Origin: Escherichia coli
GTDB lineage: Bacteria > Pseudomonadota > Gammaproteobacteria > Enterobacterales > Enterobacteriaceae
Length of the DNA stretch: 64,000 nucleotides
Assembly: GCF_041248615.1 (NCBI RefSeq)
Contig: NZ_CP158426.1
Direction: 5' to 3' (one strand)
Positions 26,011 through 39,885 of this stretch are shown one piece after another; the stretch's first letter is position 1, and each line of letters opens with the position of its first letter. A model generated the notes under the pieces. It was not told the origin of the DNA, searched no databases, and saw only the letters and a program-made list of their open reading frames with translations. The translations under genes were made by a program, and so were the position numbers.

Positions 26011-26072
26011 TCCAGTTTTGAGGAGAGACGCTTCGTTTCACGATAACCAGCGGGTCCACTCAACTACAGCTC

Positions 26073-26246
26073 CTAAAAGAGAGAAAAAAGTAATGCCACA
26101 GGCAGACTCATTGGCCAGGTTATTCCTACCAGGAATGCACTAAGTAAACGAATATGTGTTTTCTCATGTGAGATAAACCAGATAATGACAAAGGATATGT
26201 TCACACCAATCACATAAAAAATTAATATTTTAGAGAATAGTGCCAT
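26073..26246 (-). CDS. ghoT: Type V toxin GhoT (57-aa membrane-lytic peptide)
   Basis: Hand translation of minus strand from ATG at 26246: MALFSKILIFYVIGVNISFVIIWFISHEKTHIRLLSAFLVGITWPMSLPVALLFSLF*; absent from the ORF track. Confidence 0.85.
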   Translation of the reverse strand: MALFSKILIFYVIGVNISFVIIWFISHEKTHIRLLSAFLVGITWPMSLPVALLFSLF

Positions 26247-26273
26247 TTTTTATGTTCTTCTTATCCTTCCTGG

Positions 26274-26570
26274 CTACTTGTAAAACTGACGGAAATAATC
26301 ATCAACTGTCATAATGTTGAGGTCAAAGTCAATATCCGGTAAGTCTAAGCATTTAAGCCTGATTAAATCTTCGATTTCACTTGCGGCTAACGATGTCGTT
26401 ATTGCGAAGGAGTTTTCATTCAATTGTCGTGGTATCCCATATTCATCAGCCACGATAGAGGAGAAATTCATATCATACATCAATGATCTTAACCTTAAGA
26501 ACACTGAGGAATAAGATGATGGATAATCAAAAGAAACAACATAAGTATTGAACTTGTTTTTACCTTCCAT
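26274..26570 (-). CDS. ghoS: Type V antitoxin GhoS (endoribonuclease that cleaves ghoT mRNA)
   Basis: 98-aa ORF MEGKNKFNTYVVSFDYPSSYSSVFLRLRSLMYD… immediately upstream of ghoT on the same strand. Confidence 0.88.
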   Translation of the reverse strand: MEGKNKFNTYVVSFDYPSSYSSVFLRLRSLMYDMNFSSIVADEYGIPRQLNENSFAITTSLAASEIEDLIRLKCLDLPDIDFDLNIMTVDDYFRQFYK

Positions 26571-26798
26571 AATATGACTCCTATCAATATTGAACGCTCT
26601 GGGGACGCAAAACTTATTAACCCCGATCGATGATTTTCATATAGGAGATATTCTTTTTTTTTTGCTCAGTAAAGGGGATGACTTGGGACAAAAAAACGCT
26701 CTCTCTGACCATTCTTTGTGCATCCCCCTACCCTTCAGATACTCTCCTGCATCACACCGCGGAGAGCAAGAAAAATATCGTGACTCTGTACTCTCCCA

Positions 26799-27071
26799 TC
26801 AACTTCGAATATCATCATACTCACGCGTTTTATCAAATTCGTGTTTCGCAAATGGGCATAGTGGGATAATTTTTCGTTTTTCCCGACGCATTTTTTCCAC
26901 GACTTTCGCAACCAGCTGTTTACCAATCCCTTGCCCTTTCAGGCTTTCATCGACATCGGTATGTTCGATAATCGCTAAATTCTCTCCGGTCGGCACAAAG
27001 ACAATTTCAGCGATTTGCTTGCCCTGTTCGTCATTAATGTAAAATTTATTGTGGCCTTCGCGTATTTCCAT
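26799..27071 (-). CDS. yjdJ: Small GNAT-like protein YjdJ
   Basis: 90-aa [57 protein letters not shown]…. Confidence 0.8.
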   Translation of the reverse strand: MEIREGHNKFYINDEQGKQIAEIVFVPTGENLAIIEHTDVDESLKGQGIGKQLVAKVVEKMRREKRKIIPLCPFAKHEFDKTREYDDIRS

Positions 27072-27082
27072 TTTACCCTCGC

Positions 27083-27313
27083 TTATTTATGACGGTATTT
27101 CAGCGCGCCACTCGGGCACGTATCAATCACTTTAACCACAGTGGCAACGTCGACTTCATCCGGCATGATCCACGGCTTTCGTTTGAGATTAAATAACTTG
27201 CCGTTGCCACGTACGCAATTGCCAGAATGCTGACATATCGCAGTGTTGAAATAGACATCGATCTTTTCGCCGGTATAACAGCGATAACCCCCGTCCAGTA
27301 GCGCCTGATCCAT
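27083..27313 (-). CDS. yjdI: Small cysteine-rich protein YjdI (76 aa)
   Basis: ORF 27083..27391; recognised protein starts at internal ATG ([38 protein letters not shown]…). Confidence 0.8.
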   Translation of the reverse strand: MDQALLDGGYRCYTGEKIDVYFNTAICQHSGNCVRGNGKLFNLKRKPWIMPDEVDVATVVKVIDTCPSGALKYRHK

Positions 27314-27332
27314 GACCTTCCCTCTCTCATCA

Positions 27333-28597
<1,265 letters not shown>

Positions 28598-28754
28598 GAT
28601 TATCGCTATAAGCATAGCCCCGGAATCTTCATACAGCACTGGCAGTTTCCGTTGCCAGAGTCTCTTCCCCTATATAGCCAATCATTCTTACTCCCTTTGA
28701 ATTACCCGCCTCATCAGAGATAATGCTTAAGAAATTTGTCACACAAGGAAGCTG

Positions 28755-30386
28755 ATGAGACATTCATTGCCCTACCGCATGTTACGCAAACGTCCGATGA
28801 AATTGAGTACCACAGTGATCTTAATGGTCAGCGCGGTACTGTTCTCGGTGCTATTGGTGGTGCATCTGATTTACTTCTCGCAAATCAGTGATATGACGCG
28901 AGACGGGCTAGCCAACAAGGCACTGGCGGTGGCGCGTACCCTCGCCGACTCGCCGGAAATCCGTCAGGGCTTGCAGAAAAAACCGCAGGAGAGCGGCATC
29001 CAGGCCATCGCGGAAGCCGTGCGCAAACGCAACGATCTGCTGTTTATTGTCGTTACCGATATGCAAAGTCTTCGCTACTCGCATCCTGAAGCCCAGCGTA
29101 TTGGTCAGCCATTTAAAGGTGATGACATCCTTAAAGCGCTGAATGGCGAAGAAAATGTCGCTATCAATCGCGGTTTTCTGGCGCAGGCTTTACGCGTATT
29201 TACCCCCATCTACGATGAAAATCATAAGCAAATTGGCGTGGTGGCGATCGGCCTTGAGTTAAGCCGCGTGACCCAACAGATCAATGACAGTCGCTGGAGC
29301 ATTATCTGGTCGGTATTATTTGGCATGCTGGTCGGACTGATTGGCACCTGCATTCTGGTTAAAGTATTGAAAAAAATCCTTTTCGGCCTGGAACCCTACG
29401 AAATCTCCACGCTGTTTGAGCAACGCCAGGCCATGTTGCAGTCCATCAAAGAAGGCGTCGTTGCCGTGGACGATCGCGGCGAGGTCACGCTGATCAACGA
29501 TGCCGCACAAGAATTGCTGAATTACCGTAAGTCGCAGGACGATGAGAAGCTGTCGACGCTAAGCCACTCGTGGTCACAGGTAGTAGATGTCTCGGAAGTG
29601 TTACGCGACGGTACGCCGCGCCGCGACGAAGAGATTACGATTAAAGACCGGCTATTACTGATCAACACCGTTCCGGTGCGCAGTAATGGCGTTATCATCG
29701 GTGCCATTTCAACCTTCAGAGACAAAACTGAAGTACGTAAACTGATGCAGCGACTCGACGGTCTGGTCAACTATGCTGACGCACTTCGTGAACGATCCCA
29801 CGAATTTATGAATAAATTGCATGTGATTCTCGGATTATTGCATCTGAAGAGTTATAAGCAGTTGGAAGATTACATTCTCAAAACAGCCAATAACTATCAG
29901 GAAGAGATTGGCTCTCTGCTGGGTAAGATCAAATCTCCGGTTATCGCTGGTTTTTTAATCAGCAAGATTAACCGCGCGACCGATTTAGGCCATACGCTGA
30001 TTTTAAACAGTGAAAGCCAACTGCCAGACAGCGGCAGTGAGGACCAGGTCGCGACGCTGATTACCACATTGGGAAATCTGATAGAAAACGCGCTGGAAGC
30101 ATTAGGGCCGGAACCCGGAGGCGAAATTAGCGTAACATTGCACTACCGTCACGGCTGGCTGCACTGTGAAGTTAACGATGATGGACCGGGGATCGCACCC
30201 GACAAAATCGATCACATTTTTGACAAAGGTGTCTCGACAAAAGGAAGCGAGCGAGGCGTCGGTTTAGCACTTGTCAAACAACAGGTAGAAAATCTCGGCG
30301 GCAGCATCGCCGTGGAATCGGAACCCGGGATTTTCACACAATTTTTTGTCCAGATACCCTGGGACGGGGAGAGGTCGAACAGATGA
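28755..30386 (+). CDS. dcuS: C4-dicarboxylate sensor histidine kinase DcuS
   Basis: 543-aa ORF MRHSLPYRMLRKRPMKLSTTVILMVSAVLFSVLLVVHLIYF…. Confidence 0.95.
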   Translation: MRHSLPYRMLRKRPMKLSTTVILMVSAVLFSVLLVVHLIYFSQISDMTRDGLANKALAVARTLADSPEIRQGLQKKPQESGIQAIAEAVRKRNDLLFIVVTDMQSLRYSHPEAQRIGQPFKGDDILKALNGEENVAINRGFLAQALRVFTPIYDENHKQIGVVAIGLELSRVTQQINDSRWSIIWSVLFGMLVGLIGTCILVKVLKKILFGLEPYEISTLFEQRQAMLQSIKEGVVAVDDRGEVTLINDAAQELLNYRKSQDDEKLSTLSHSWSQVVDVSEVLRDGTPRRDEEITIKDRLLLINTVPVRSNGVIIGAISTFRDKTEVRKLMQRLDGLVNYADALRERSHEFMNKLHVILGLLHLKSYKQLEDYILKTANNYQEEIGSLLGKIKSPVIAGFLISKINRATDLGHTLILNSESQLPDSGSEDQVATLITTLGNLIENALEALGPEPGGEISVTLHYRHGWLHCEVNDDGPGIAPDKIDHIFDKGVSTKGSERGVGLALVKQQVENLGGSIAVESEPGIFTQFFVQIPWDGERSNR

Positions 30387-31102
30387 TCAATGTATTAATT
30401 ATCGATGACGACGCAATGGTCGCGGAGCTGAATCGCCGATACGTAGCACAAATCCCAGGCTTTCAATGCTGTGGAACAGCCTCGACGCTGGAGAAAGCCA
30501 AAGAGATTATCTTCAATAGCGATACGCCTATCGACCTGATATTGCTCGATATCTATATGCAAAAAGAGAACGGGCTCGATTTACTGCCTGTCCTGCATAA
30601 CGCGCGTTGCAAAAGTGATGTGATTGTCATCTCCTCCGCAGCCGATGCGGCAACCATTAAAGATTCCCTGCATTACGGTGTTGTGGATTACCTGATCAAA
30701 CCCTTCCAGGCTTCCCGCTTTGAAGAGGCGCTCACCGGCTGGCGGCAAAAGAAAATGGCGCTGGAAAAACATCAGTATTATGACCAGGCCGAGCTTGATC
30801 AGCTAATCCACGGCAGCAGCTCCAACGAGCAGGATCCTCGTCGCTTGCCAAAAGGCTTAACGCCGCAGACGTTACGCACGCTGTGCCAGTGGATTGACGC
30901 GCATCAGGACTATGAGTTTTCAACCGACGAGCTGGCTAACGAGGTTAACATCTCGCGTGTTTCCTGCCGAAAATACCTCATCTGGCTGGTCAACTGCCAC
31001 ATCTTGTTCACCAGTATCCATTATGGCGTCACAGGGCGTCCGGTTTACCGTTACCGTATTCAGGCAGAACACTACTCACTGCTGAAACAATATTGCCAAT
31101 AA
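30383..31102 (+). CDS. dcuR: C4-dicarboxylate response regulator DcuR
   Basis: 239-aa ORF MINVLIIDDDAMVAELNRRYVAQIPGF…; overlaps dcuS stop by 4 bp. Confidence 0.95.
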   Translation: MINVLIIDDDAMVAELNRRYVAQIPGFQCCGTASTLEKAKEIIFNSDTPIDLILLDIYMQKENGLDLLPVLHNARCKSDVIVISSAADAATIKDSLHYGVVDYLIKPFQASRFEEALTGWRQKKMALEKHQYYDQAELDQLIHGSSSNEQDPRRLPKGLTPQTLRTLCQWIDAHQDYEFSTDELANEVNISRVSCRKYLIWLVNCHILFTSIHYGVTGRPVYRYRIQAEHYSLLKQYCQ

Positions 31103-31672
31103 CGGATCGCTGGTTATCTGTAAGTAATAATTATTACCGTAATGCAAAATACCCCTGGCACAAGTTACATTCTTCATCAGTAAAACTTGTGCCAGATCAA
31201 ATATAATTATCCCTCCATCATCGTTAAAAATTAATATCTCTTCAGATGAACGGTGTTTTTAATTTCAAAACGCTAACAAAAGTTAATTAACTATTATGTC
31301 ACCCGCATTATGTGTATTTTTACCCACAAATGGGTAGATCAGATTAATCTATAAACCTAATGATATCTGCCCTGAGAACAAAAAATAGACCGATAAATAT
31401 CAATAAGATAACAGCAAACAAAACATTAACATCTGCGCAGTACAAACTATAAACCCATCGCCAGAGAGTTTTTCTCTCTGAAAAAGCCGCTTATCACAGT
31501 GCATAAATTTGCCGCTGCTTTAATCAGCCAATATTCACTGTGAGGTATTTGCTAAAGCCGGTAACGACCAAACGGATATTTAGTCAGGCTCTGAAAACAG
31601 TTCATACAAAACAGAACGTGACTGTGATCTATTCAGCAAAAATTTAAATAGGATTATCGCGAGGGTTCACAC

Positions 31673-33013
31673 ATGTTATTTACTATCCAACTTATCATAA
31701 TACTGATATGTCTGTTTTATGGTGCCAGAAAGGGTGGTATCGCGCTGGGTTTATTAGGCGGTATCGGTCTGGTCATTCTGGTCTTCGTCTTCCACCTTCA
31801 GCCAGGTAAACCACCGGTTGATGTCATGCTGGTTATCATTGCGGTGGTGGCGGCATCGGCGACCTTGCAAGCTTCGGGCGGTCTTGATGTCATGCTGCAA
31901 ATTGCCGAGAAGCTGCTGCGCCGCAACCCGAAATATGTCTCAATTGTCGCGCCGTTTGTGACCTGTACGCTGACCATTCTTTGCGGTACGGGTCATGTGG
32001 TTTACACCATTCTGCCGATCATCTACGACGTCGCCATTAAGAACAACATCCGTCCGGAACGCCCGATGGCGGCAAGTTCTATCGGTGCACAGATGGGGAT
32101 TATCGCCAGTCCGGTGTCGGTTGCAGTCGTGTCTCTGGTTGCGATGCTGGGTAATGTCACCTTTGATGGTCGCCATCTTGAGTTCCTCGACCTGCTAGCA
32201 ATCACCATTCCATCGACGTTAATCGGTATCCTGGCGATCGGTATCTTCAGCTGGTTCCGCGGTAAAGATCTGGATAAAGACGAAGAGTTCCAGAAATTCA
32301 TCTCCGTACCGGAAAACCGTGAGTATGTTTACGGTGATACCGCGACGCTGCTGGATAAAAAACTGCCGAAAAGCAACTGGCTTGCAATGTGGATCTTCCT
32401 CGGGGCAATCGCTGTAGTCGCCCTTCTTGGTGCTGATTCGGACCTGCGTCCATCCTTCGGTGGCAAACCGCTGTCGATGGTACTGGTTATTCAGATGTTT
32501 ATGCTGCTGACCGGGGCGCTGATTATTATCCTGACCAAAACCAATCCCGCGTCTATCTCAAAAAACGAAGTCTTCCGTTCCGGTATGATCGCCATCGTGG
32601 CGGTGTACGGTATCGCATGGATGGCAGAAACCATGTTTGGTGCCCATATGTCTGAAATTCAGGGCGTACTGGGTGAAATGGTGAAAGAGTATCCGTGGGC
32701 CTATGCCATTGTTCTGCTGCTGGTTTCCAAGTTTGTAAACTCTCAGGCTGCGGCGCTGGCGGCGATTGTTCCGGTCGCGCTGGCTATCGGCGTTGATCCG
32801 GCATACATCGTGGCTTCAGCACCGGCTTGCTACGGTTATTACATCCTGCCGACTTATCCGAGCGATCTGGCAGCGATTCAGTTTGACCGTTCCGGCACCA
32901 CCCACATCGGTCGCTTCGTCATCAACCACAGCTTTATTCTGCCGGGGTTGATTGGTGTGAGCGTATCGTGCGTCTTCGGCTGGATCTTCGCCGCGATGTA
33001 CGGGTTCTTATAA
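31673..33013 (+). CDS. dcuB: Anaerobic C4-dicarboxylate antiporter DcuB
   Basis: 446-aa [33 protein letters not shown]…; paralog of dcuA in this window. Confidence 0.95.
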
Positions 33014-33090
33014 ATGCACTTTGCGTGCCGCCCGTGACTACGCGGCACGCCATTTTCGAATAACAAATACAGAGTTACAGGCTGGAAGCT

Positions 33091-34737
33091 ATGTCAAACA
33101 AACCCTTTATCTACCAGGCACCTTTCCCGATGGGGAAAGACAATACCGAATACTATCTACTCACTTCCGATTACGTTAGCGTTGCCGACTTCGACGGCGA
33201 AACCATTCTGAAAGTGGAACCAGAAGCCCTGACCCTGCTGGCGCAGCAAGCCTTTCACGACGCTTCTTTCATGCTCCGCCCGGCCCACCAGAAACAGGTC
33301 GCGGCTATTCTTCACGATCCAGAAGCCAGCGAAAACGACAAGTACGTGGCGCTGCAATTCTTAAGAAACTCCGAAATCGCCGCCAAAGGCGTGCTGCCGA
33401 CCTGCCAGGACACCGGCACTGCGATCATCGTCGGTAAAAAAGGCCAGCGCGTGTGGACCGGTGGCGGTGATGAAGAAGCGCTGTCGAAAGGCGTCTATAA
33501 CACCTATATCGAAGATAACCTGCGCTATTCACAGAACGCGCCGCTGGACATGTATAAAGAGGTCAACACCGGCACGAACCTGCCTGCGCAAATCGACCTG
33601 TACGCGGTAGATGGCGATGAGTACAAATTCCTTTGCGTTGCGAAAGGCGGCGGCTCTGCCAACAAAACGTATCTCTACCAGGAAACCAAAGCCCTGCTGA
33701 CTCCCGGCAAACTGAAAAACTTCCTCGTCGAGAAAATGCGTACCCTCGGTACTGCAGCCTGCCCGCCGTACCATATCGCGTTTGTGATTGGCGGTACGTC
33801 TGCGGAAACCAACCTGAAAACCGTCAAGTTAGCAAGCGCTCACTATTACGATGAACTGCCGACGGAAGGGAACGAACATGGTCAGGCGTTCCGCGATGTC
33901 CAGCTGGAACAGGAACTGCTGGAAGAGGCCCAGAAACTCGGTCTTGGCGCGCAGTTTGGTGGTAAATACTTCGCGCACGACATTCGCGTTATCCGTCTGC
34001 CACGTCACGGTGCATCCTGCCCGGTAGGCATGGGCGTCTCCTGCTCCGCTGACCGTAACATTAAAGCGAAAATCAACCGCGAAGGTATCTGGATCGAAAA
34101 ACTGGAACACAACCCAGGCCAGTACATTCCGGAAGAACTGCGCCAGGCCGGTGAAGGCGAAGCGGTGAAAGTTGACCTTAACCGCCCGATGAAAGAGATC
34201 CTCGCCCAGCTTTCGCAATACCCGGTATCCACCCGCTTGTCGCTCACCGGCACCATTATTGTGGGTCGAGATATTGCACACGCCAAGCTGAAAGAGCTGA
34301 TTGACGCCGGTAAAGAACTGCCGCAGTACATCAAAGATCACCCGATCTACTACGCGGGTCCGGCGAAAACGCCTGCCGGTTATCCATCAGGTTCACTTGG
34401 CCCAACCACCGCAGGTCGTATGGACTCCTACGTGGATCTGCTGCAATCCCACGGCGGCAGCATGATCATGCTGGCGAAAGGCAACCGCAGCCAGCAGGTT
34501 ACCGACGCGTGCCATAAACACGGCGGCTTTTACCTCGGTAGCATCGGCGGTCCAGCGGCGGTACTGGCGCAGCAGAGCATCAAGCATCTGGAATGCGTCG
34601 CTTATCCGGAGCTGGGTATGGAAGCTATCTGGAAAATCGAAGTAGAAGATTTCCCGGCGTTTATCCTGGTCGATGACAAAGGCAACGACTTCTTCCAGCA
34701 AATCGTCAACAAACAGTGCGCGAACTGCACTAAGTAA
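33091..34737 (+). CDS. fumB: Class I (Fe-S) fumarate hydratase FumB
   Basis: 548-aa [50 protein letters not shown]…; assigned to fumB rather than fumA by position after dcuB. Confidence 0.93.
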   Translation: MSNKPFIYQAPFPMGKDNTEYYLLTSDYVSVADFDGETILKVEPEALTLLAQQAFHDASFMLRPAHQKQVAAILHDPEASENDKYVALQFLRNSEIAAKGVLPTCQDTGTAIIVGKKGQRVWTGGGDEEALSKGVYNTYIEDNLRYSQNAPLDMYKEVNTGTNLPAQIDLYAVDGDEYKFLCVAKGGGSANKTYLYQETKALLTPGKLKNFLVEKMRTLGTAACPPYHIAFVIGGTSAETNLKTVKLASAHYYDELPTEGNEHGQAFRDVQLEQELLEEAQKLGLGAQFGGKYFAHDIRVIRLPRHGASCPVGMGVSCSADRNIKAKINREGIWIEKLEHNPGQYIPEELRQAGEGEAVKVDLNRPMKEILAQLSQYPVSTRLSLTGTIIVGRDIAHAKLKELIDAGKELPQYIKDHPIYYAGPAKTPAGYPSGSLGPTTAGRMDSYVDLLQSHGGSMIMLAKGNRSQQVTDACHKHGGFYLGSIGGPAAVLAQQSIKHLECVAYPELGMEAIWKIEVEDFPAFILVDDKGNDFFQQIVNKQCANCTK

Positions 34738-34859
34738 CCTCTTCGGCCCAGCGCCTGGCAGCATGCTGCCAGGTGATCCCCCTGGGCCACCTCTTTTGCG
34801 ATTGTAATTTCACGCTTGCTGGTGAATAGTCAGTATTTTCCCTGACTTGCGAACTCACC

Positions 34860-35489
34860 ATGACCCGCACACTCAAGCCGTTAATTCTTAACACCAGCGC
34901 ACTGACGCTAACGTTAATCCTGATTTATACCGGCATTTCGGCCCATGACAAACTCACCTGGCTGATGGAAGTGACACCGGTGATTATTGTCGTGCCGCTA
35001 CTGCTTGCCACCGCCAGACGTTATCCGTTAACGCCGCTGCTCTATACGCTCATTTTCTTTCACGCCATCATCCTGATGGTCGGCGGACAATACACCTACG
35101 CGAAAGTCCCCGTTGGTTTTGAGGTGCAGGAATGGCTGGGGTTGAGCCGTAATCCGTATGACAAACTGGGGCATTTTTTCCAGGGGCTGGTGCCTGCACT
35201 GGTGGCACGAGAGATCCTTGTGCGCGGGATGTACGTTCGCGGACATAAGATGGTGGCGTTTCTGGTCTGCTGCGTGGCGCTGGCGATAAGCGCGATGTAT
35301 GAATTAATCGAGTGGTGGGCGGCGCTGGCAATGGGCCAGGGAGCGGATGATTTTCTCGGCACCCAGGGCGACCAGTGGGACACGCAATCCGATATGTTCT
35401 GCGCGCTGCTTGGCGCATTAACGACGGTGATATTTCTCGCTCGCTTTCATTGCCGCCAGCTACGGCGCTTTGGCTTGATAACCGGATAA
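34860..35489 (+). CDS. yjdF: Inner-membrane protein YjdF (DUF2238)
   Basis: 209-aa ORF MTRTLKPLILNTSALTLTLILIYTGISAHDKLTWLMEVTPVII…. Confidence 0.85.
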   Translation: MTRTLKPLILNTSALTLTLILIYTGISAHDKLTWLMEVTPVIIVVPLLLATARRYPLTPLLYTLIFFHAIILMVGGQYTYAKVPVGFEVQEWLGLSRNPYDKLGHFFQGLVPALVAREILVRGMYVRGHKMVAFLVCCVALAISAMYELIEWWAALAMGQGADDFLGTQGDQWDTQSDMFCALLGALTTVIFLARFHCRQLRRFGLITG

Positions 35490-35505
35490 CAACGTGCGCT
35501 TTGTT

Positions 35506-35543
35506 GACGCCGGATGCGGCGTGAATTCCTTATCCGGTCTACA
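35506..35543. repeat. REP (repetitive extragenic palindromic) element between convergent yjdF and melB
   Basis: gacgccggatgcggcgtgaattccttatccggtctaca matches the canonical REP core (GCCGGATGCGGCG…CTTATCCGGCCTAC). Confidence 0.7.
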
Positions 35544-35627
35544 AAATTTGCAAATCCAAAGCATTACATTAAGACATGGCCTGATAAACATATCGCATCA
35601 GGCCATTTTCGTTAGCTATTGTCCACG

Positions 35628-37140
<1,513 letters not shown>

Positions 37141-38496
37141 TTAACGGTGCAACCAGCCTGGCAGCCAGTCGCCGTGGGCGGCAATCAGGTCGTCAACAAG
37201 AGCATATATTTCGTCAATGCCCAGCACGGCGGCAGTATGCGGGTCCATCATCGCGGCGTGGTAAACACGGTCGCGATTTTCCGTAAGAATAGCTTCAGTC
37301 AGCAGCGTCTGTACGTTGATGTTGGTTTGCATCAGGGCGGCCAGATGCGAAGGTAGCGTACCGACTTTGGTCGGCTGAATGCCATTAGCATCAACCAGAC
37401 AGGCTACTTCCACGCAACATCCTTGTGGCAGGTTATCAATCAAACCCTCGTTACGGACGTTGCCGTAAATCACACTCGGCTCGCCAGTCCAGATAGCGTT
37501 CATGATTGTGCTGGCATATTCCCGTGACGGTTTAATATCAATCCGGGAGGCGTTTTTATACTCCTCCAGCTCTTTATGCCAGTTCGCCAGCTGCTCGACG
37601 CAGCGTTTCGGGTACTCATCCAGCGGTACTTTATAACGCTCAATCAAATCCTCACGACCTGGCTTAATAAACCACGGTGTGTACTCAGCAAAATGTTCTG
37701 ACGATTCCGTGACGAAGTAGCCCAGCTTTTTGAACATTTCGTAGCGCACAATATTCTGGCAGCGAGTATTGCCATGAATATTCGGCTTCGGTGCCTGCCC
37801 TGCTTCATAAGCCGCCAGCAGTTCCGGGTAGAGATTCACGTAACTGCCGTCGGCGGTTTTGCGCTCCAGTTCCAGGTAAAACGCCATATGGTTGATACCT
37901 GCGCAACGGTAACGCAGCGTAGCCGGGTCGATATTGAGGTCACGCGCCAGCTCTTCCGCCGTTCCCTGCACCGAATGGCACAGCCCGACCTGTTTGATAT
38001 GCGGATAGCGGGCATACATCGCCCAGGTATTCATCGCCATTGGGTTAACGTAGTTGAGCATGGTGGCATCGGGGCAGACTTCCGTCATGTCCTCGCAAAT
38101 TTGCCACAGGTGCGGAATGGTACGTAGCGCGCGCATAATACCGCCCGGCCCCAACGTATCGGCAATGGTTTGTTCCAGACCATGCCGCTTACAGACCTCG
38201 AAATCAGTCACCGTGCAAGGTTCATAACCGCCAATCTGAAATGCCACCACCACAAAATCGGCATCCTGTAAGGCTTCTTTCTGTTGGGTGTGGCAGGTGA
38301 TTTTGCCGCTGGCCCCTGCTGAATCCATCAGCTTACGCACCACAATGTGCGACTCTTCCAGGCGGGTGGGATCAATGTCCATCAGGGCAATATGCGCCGT
38401 TTTCAGCGCCTCGCGATGGAACACATCACCAAGAATATTTTTAACGAAAATCGTCGAACCAGCGCCGATAAATGTAATTTTGGGTGCAGACATCAT
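37141..38496 (-). CDS. melA: Alpha-galactosidase MelA (NAD/Mn-dependent, GH4)
   Basis: 451-aa ORF MMSAPKITFIGAGSTIFVKNILGDVFHREALK…. Confidence 0.95.
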   Translation of the reverse strand: MMSAPKITFIGAGSTIFVKNILGDVFHREALKTAHIALMDIDPTRLEESHIVVRKLMDSAGASGKITCHTQQKEALQDADFVVVAFQIGGYEPCTVTDFEVCKRHGLEQTIADTLGPGGIMRALRTIPHLWQICEDMTEVCPDATMLNYVNPMAMNTWAMYARYPHIKQVGLCHSVQGTAEELARDLNIDPATLRYRCAGINHMAFYLELERKTADGSYVNLYPELLAAYEAGQAPKPNIHGNTRCQNIVRYEMFKKLGYFVTESSEHFAEYTPWFIKPGREDLIERYKVPLDEYPKRCVEQLANWHKELEEYKNASRIDIKPSREYASTIMNAIWTGEPSVIYGNVRNEGLIDNLPQGCCVEVACLVDANGIQPTKVGTLPSHLAALMQTNINVQTLLTEAILTENRDRVYHAAMMDPHTAAVLGIDEIYALVDDLIAAHGDWLPGWLHR

Positions 38497-38574
38497 GCAG
38501 ATCTCCTGGCTTGCTTGAATAACTTCATCATGGCAGGCGAATCTGCAGAAAACCTCCGGCTTCCAGGTTGAGCA

Positions 38575-38628
38575 TTCCCATAAACTCAGATCCTGCGTGA
38601 AGCAGCAGTAAATCTGAGTTTATGGGAA
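38575..38628. promoter_or_regulatory. MelR operator: inverted 18-bp repeats (ttcccataaactcagatc / gatctgagtttatgggaa-like) in the melA-melR divergent promoter region
   Basis: Perfect 15-bp inverted repeat cccataaactcagat (38577-38591) / atctgagtttatggg (38612-38626) read directly; matches recalled MelR-site arrangement. Confidence 0.6.
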
Positions 38629-38778
38629 TAAGTTACCTGAAAAGCAGAGTTTTCGGCCTCATGATGCTCGGACGCTCCCCTCGCCGCTGTGGGAAGAGGG
38701 TGAAAACCGTGCTCCCACTCGCAGTCATCCTCCCTCACTCCTGCCATAATTCTGATATTCCAGGAAAGAGAGCCATCC

Positions 38779-39687
38779 ATGAATACAGATACGTTTATGT
38801 GCAGCAGCGACGAAAAACAGACCCGCAGCCCGCTGTCGCTGTATTCGGAATACCAGCGGATGGAGATTGAGTTTCGCTCACCGCATATCATGCCCACCAG
38901 CCACTGGCATGGTCAGGTCGAAGTGAATGTGCCTTTCGATGGCGATGTGGAATACCTGATCAACAATGAAAAAGTGAGTATCAATCAGGGACATATCACG
39001 CTGTTCTGGGCCTGTACACCGCACCAACTAACAGATACCGGAACCTGTCAGAGCATGGCGATTTTTAATCTGCCGATGCATCTGTTTCTCTCCTGGCCGC
39101 TGGATAAAGACCTGATTAACCACGTCACTCACGGCATGGTGATCAAATCACTGGCGACACAGCAACTTAGTCCGTTTGAAGTGCGCCGCTGGCAGCAGGA
39201 ATTAAACAGTCCGAATGAGCAAATTCGCCAGCTCGCCATTGATGAAATTGGCCTGATGCTCAAGCGATTTAGCCTCTCTGGCTGGGAACCGATTCTGGTC
39301 AATAAAACCTCGCGCACACACAAAAACAGCGTCTCGCGCCATGCGCAATTTTATGTCAGCCAGATGCTGGGCTTTATTGCCGAAAACTATGATCAGGCGC
39401 TGACCATCAACGATGTGGCTGAGCACGTCAAACTTAACGCCAACTATGCAATGGGGATATTCCAGCGGGTCATGCAATTGACGATGAAACAGTACATTAC
39501 CGCGATGCGCATCAACCACGTTCGCGCGTTACTGAGCGATACCGATAAAAGTATTCTCGATATTGCCCTGACGGCAGGCTTTCGTTCAAGTAGTCGTTTT
39601 TACAGCACGTTCGGCAAATATGTCGGCATGTCGCCGCAACAATACCGCAAACTTAGCCGACAGCGCCGCCAGACGTTTCCCGGCTAA
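38779..39687 (+). CDS. melR: AraC-family melibiose operon activator MelR
   Basis: 302-aa ORF MNTDTFMCSSDEKQTRSPLSLYSEYQRMEIEFRSPHIMPTSHWHGQVEVN…. Confidence 0.95.
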   Translation: MNTDTFMCSSDEKQTRSPLSLYSEYQRMEIEFRSPHIMPTSHWHGQVEVNVPFDGDVEYLINNEKVSINQGHITLFWACTPHQLTDTGTCQSMAIFNLPMHLFLSWPLDKDLINHVTHGMVIKSLATQQLSPFEVRRWQQELNSPNEQIRQLAIDEIGLMLKRFSLSGWEPILVNKTSRTHKNSVSRHAQFYVSQMLGFIAENYDQALTINDVAEHVKLNANYAMGIFQRVMQLTMKQYITAMRINHVRALLSDTDKSILDIALTAGFRSSSRFYSTFGKYVGMSPQQYRKLSRQRRQTFPG

Positions 39688-39885
39688 AGACGATATCAGT
39701 ATCAGCCAAAAAAATAGTTTAGCCGTCGATAATAAGCAGTGAAAATAATTTAAAATAATCACATAACATATTGTTTATAAAAACAAATATTTCAAAAATG
39801 TTTGTTTTTCACGCGCTTTACAGCCCGAAAAGGCCGGAAGATACTTGCCCGCAACGAAGATTCCTTCATAACCGGGTAAGCAATG

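Noticed and set aside
26590-27042. 150-codon plus-strand ORF overlapping yjdJ on the opposite strand
   Set aside because: No recognisable features; the minus-strand yjdJ reading frame is the recognised gene, so this is treated as an antisense artefact.
31103-31672. 570-bp AT-rich gap between dcuR and dcuB as a possible site for an unannotated small gene or sRNA
   Set aside because: No ORF with a plausible ribosome-binding site and no convincing promoter-terminator pair was found by eye; the length fits the known extended dcuB regulatory region. Not excluded, only unsupported.
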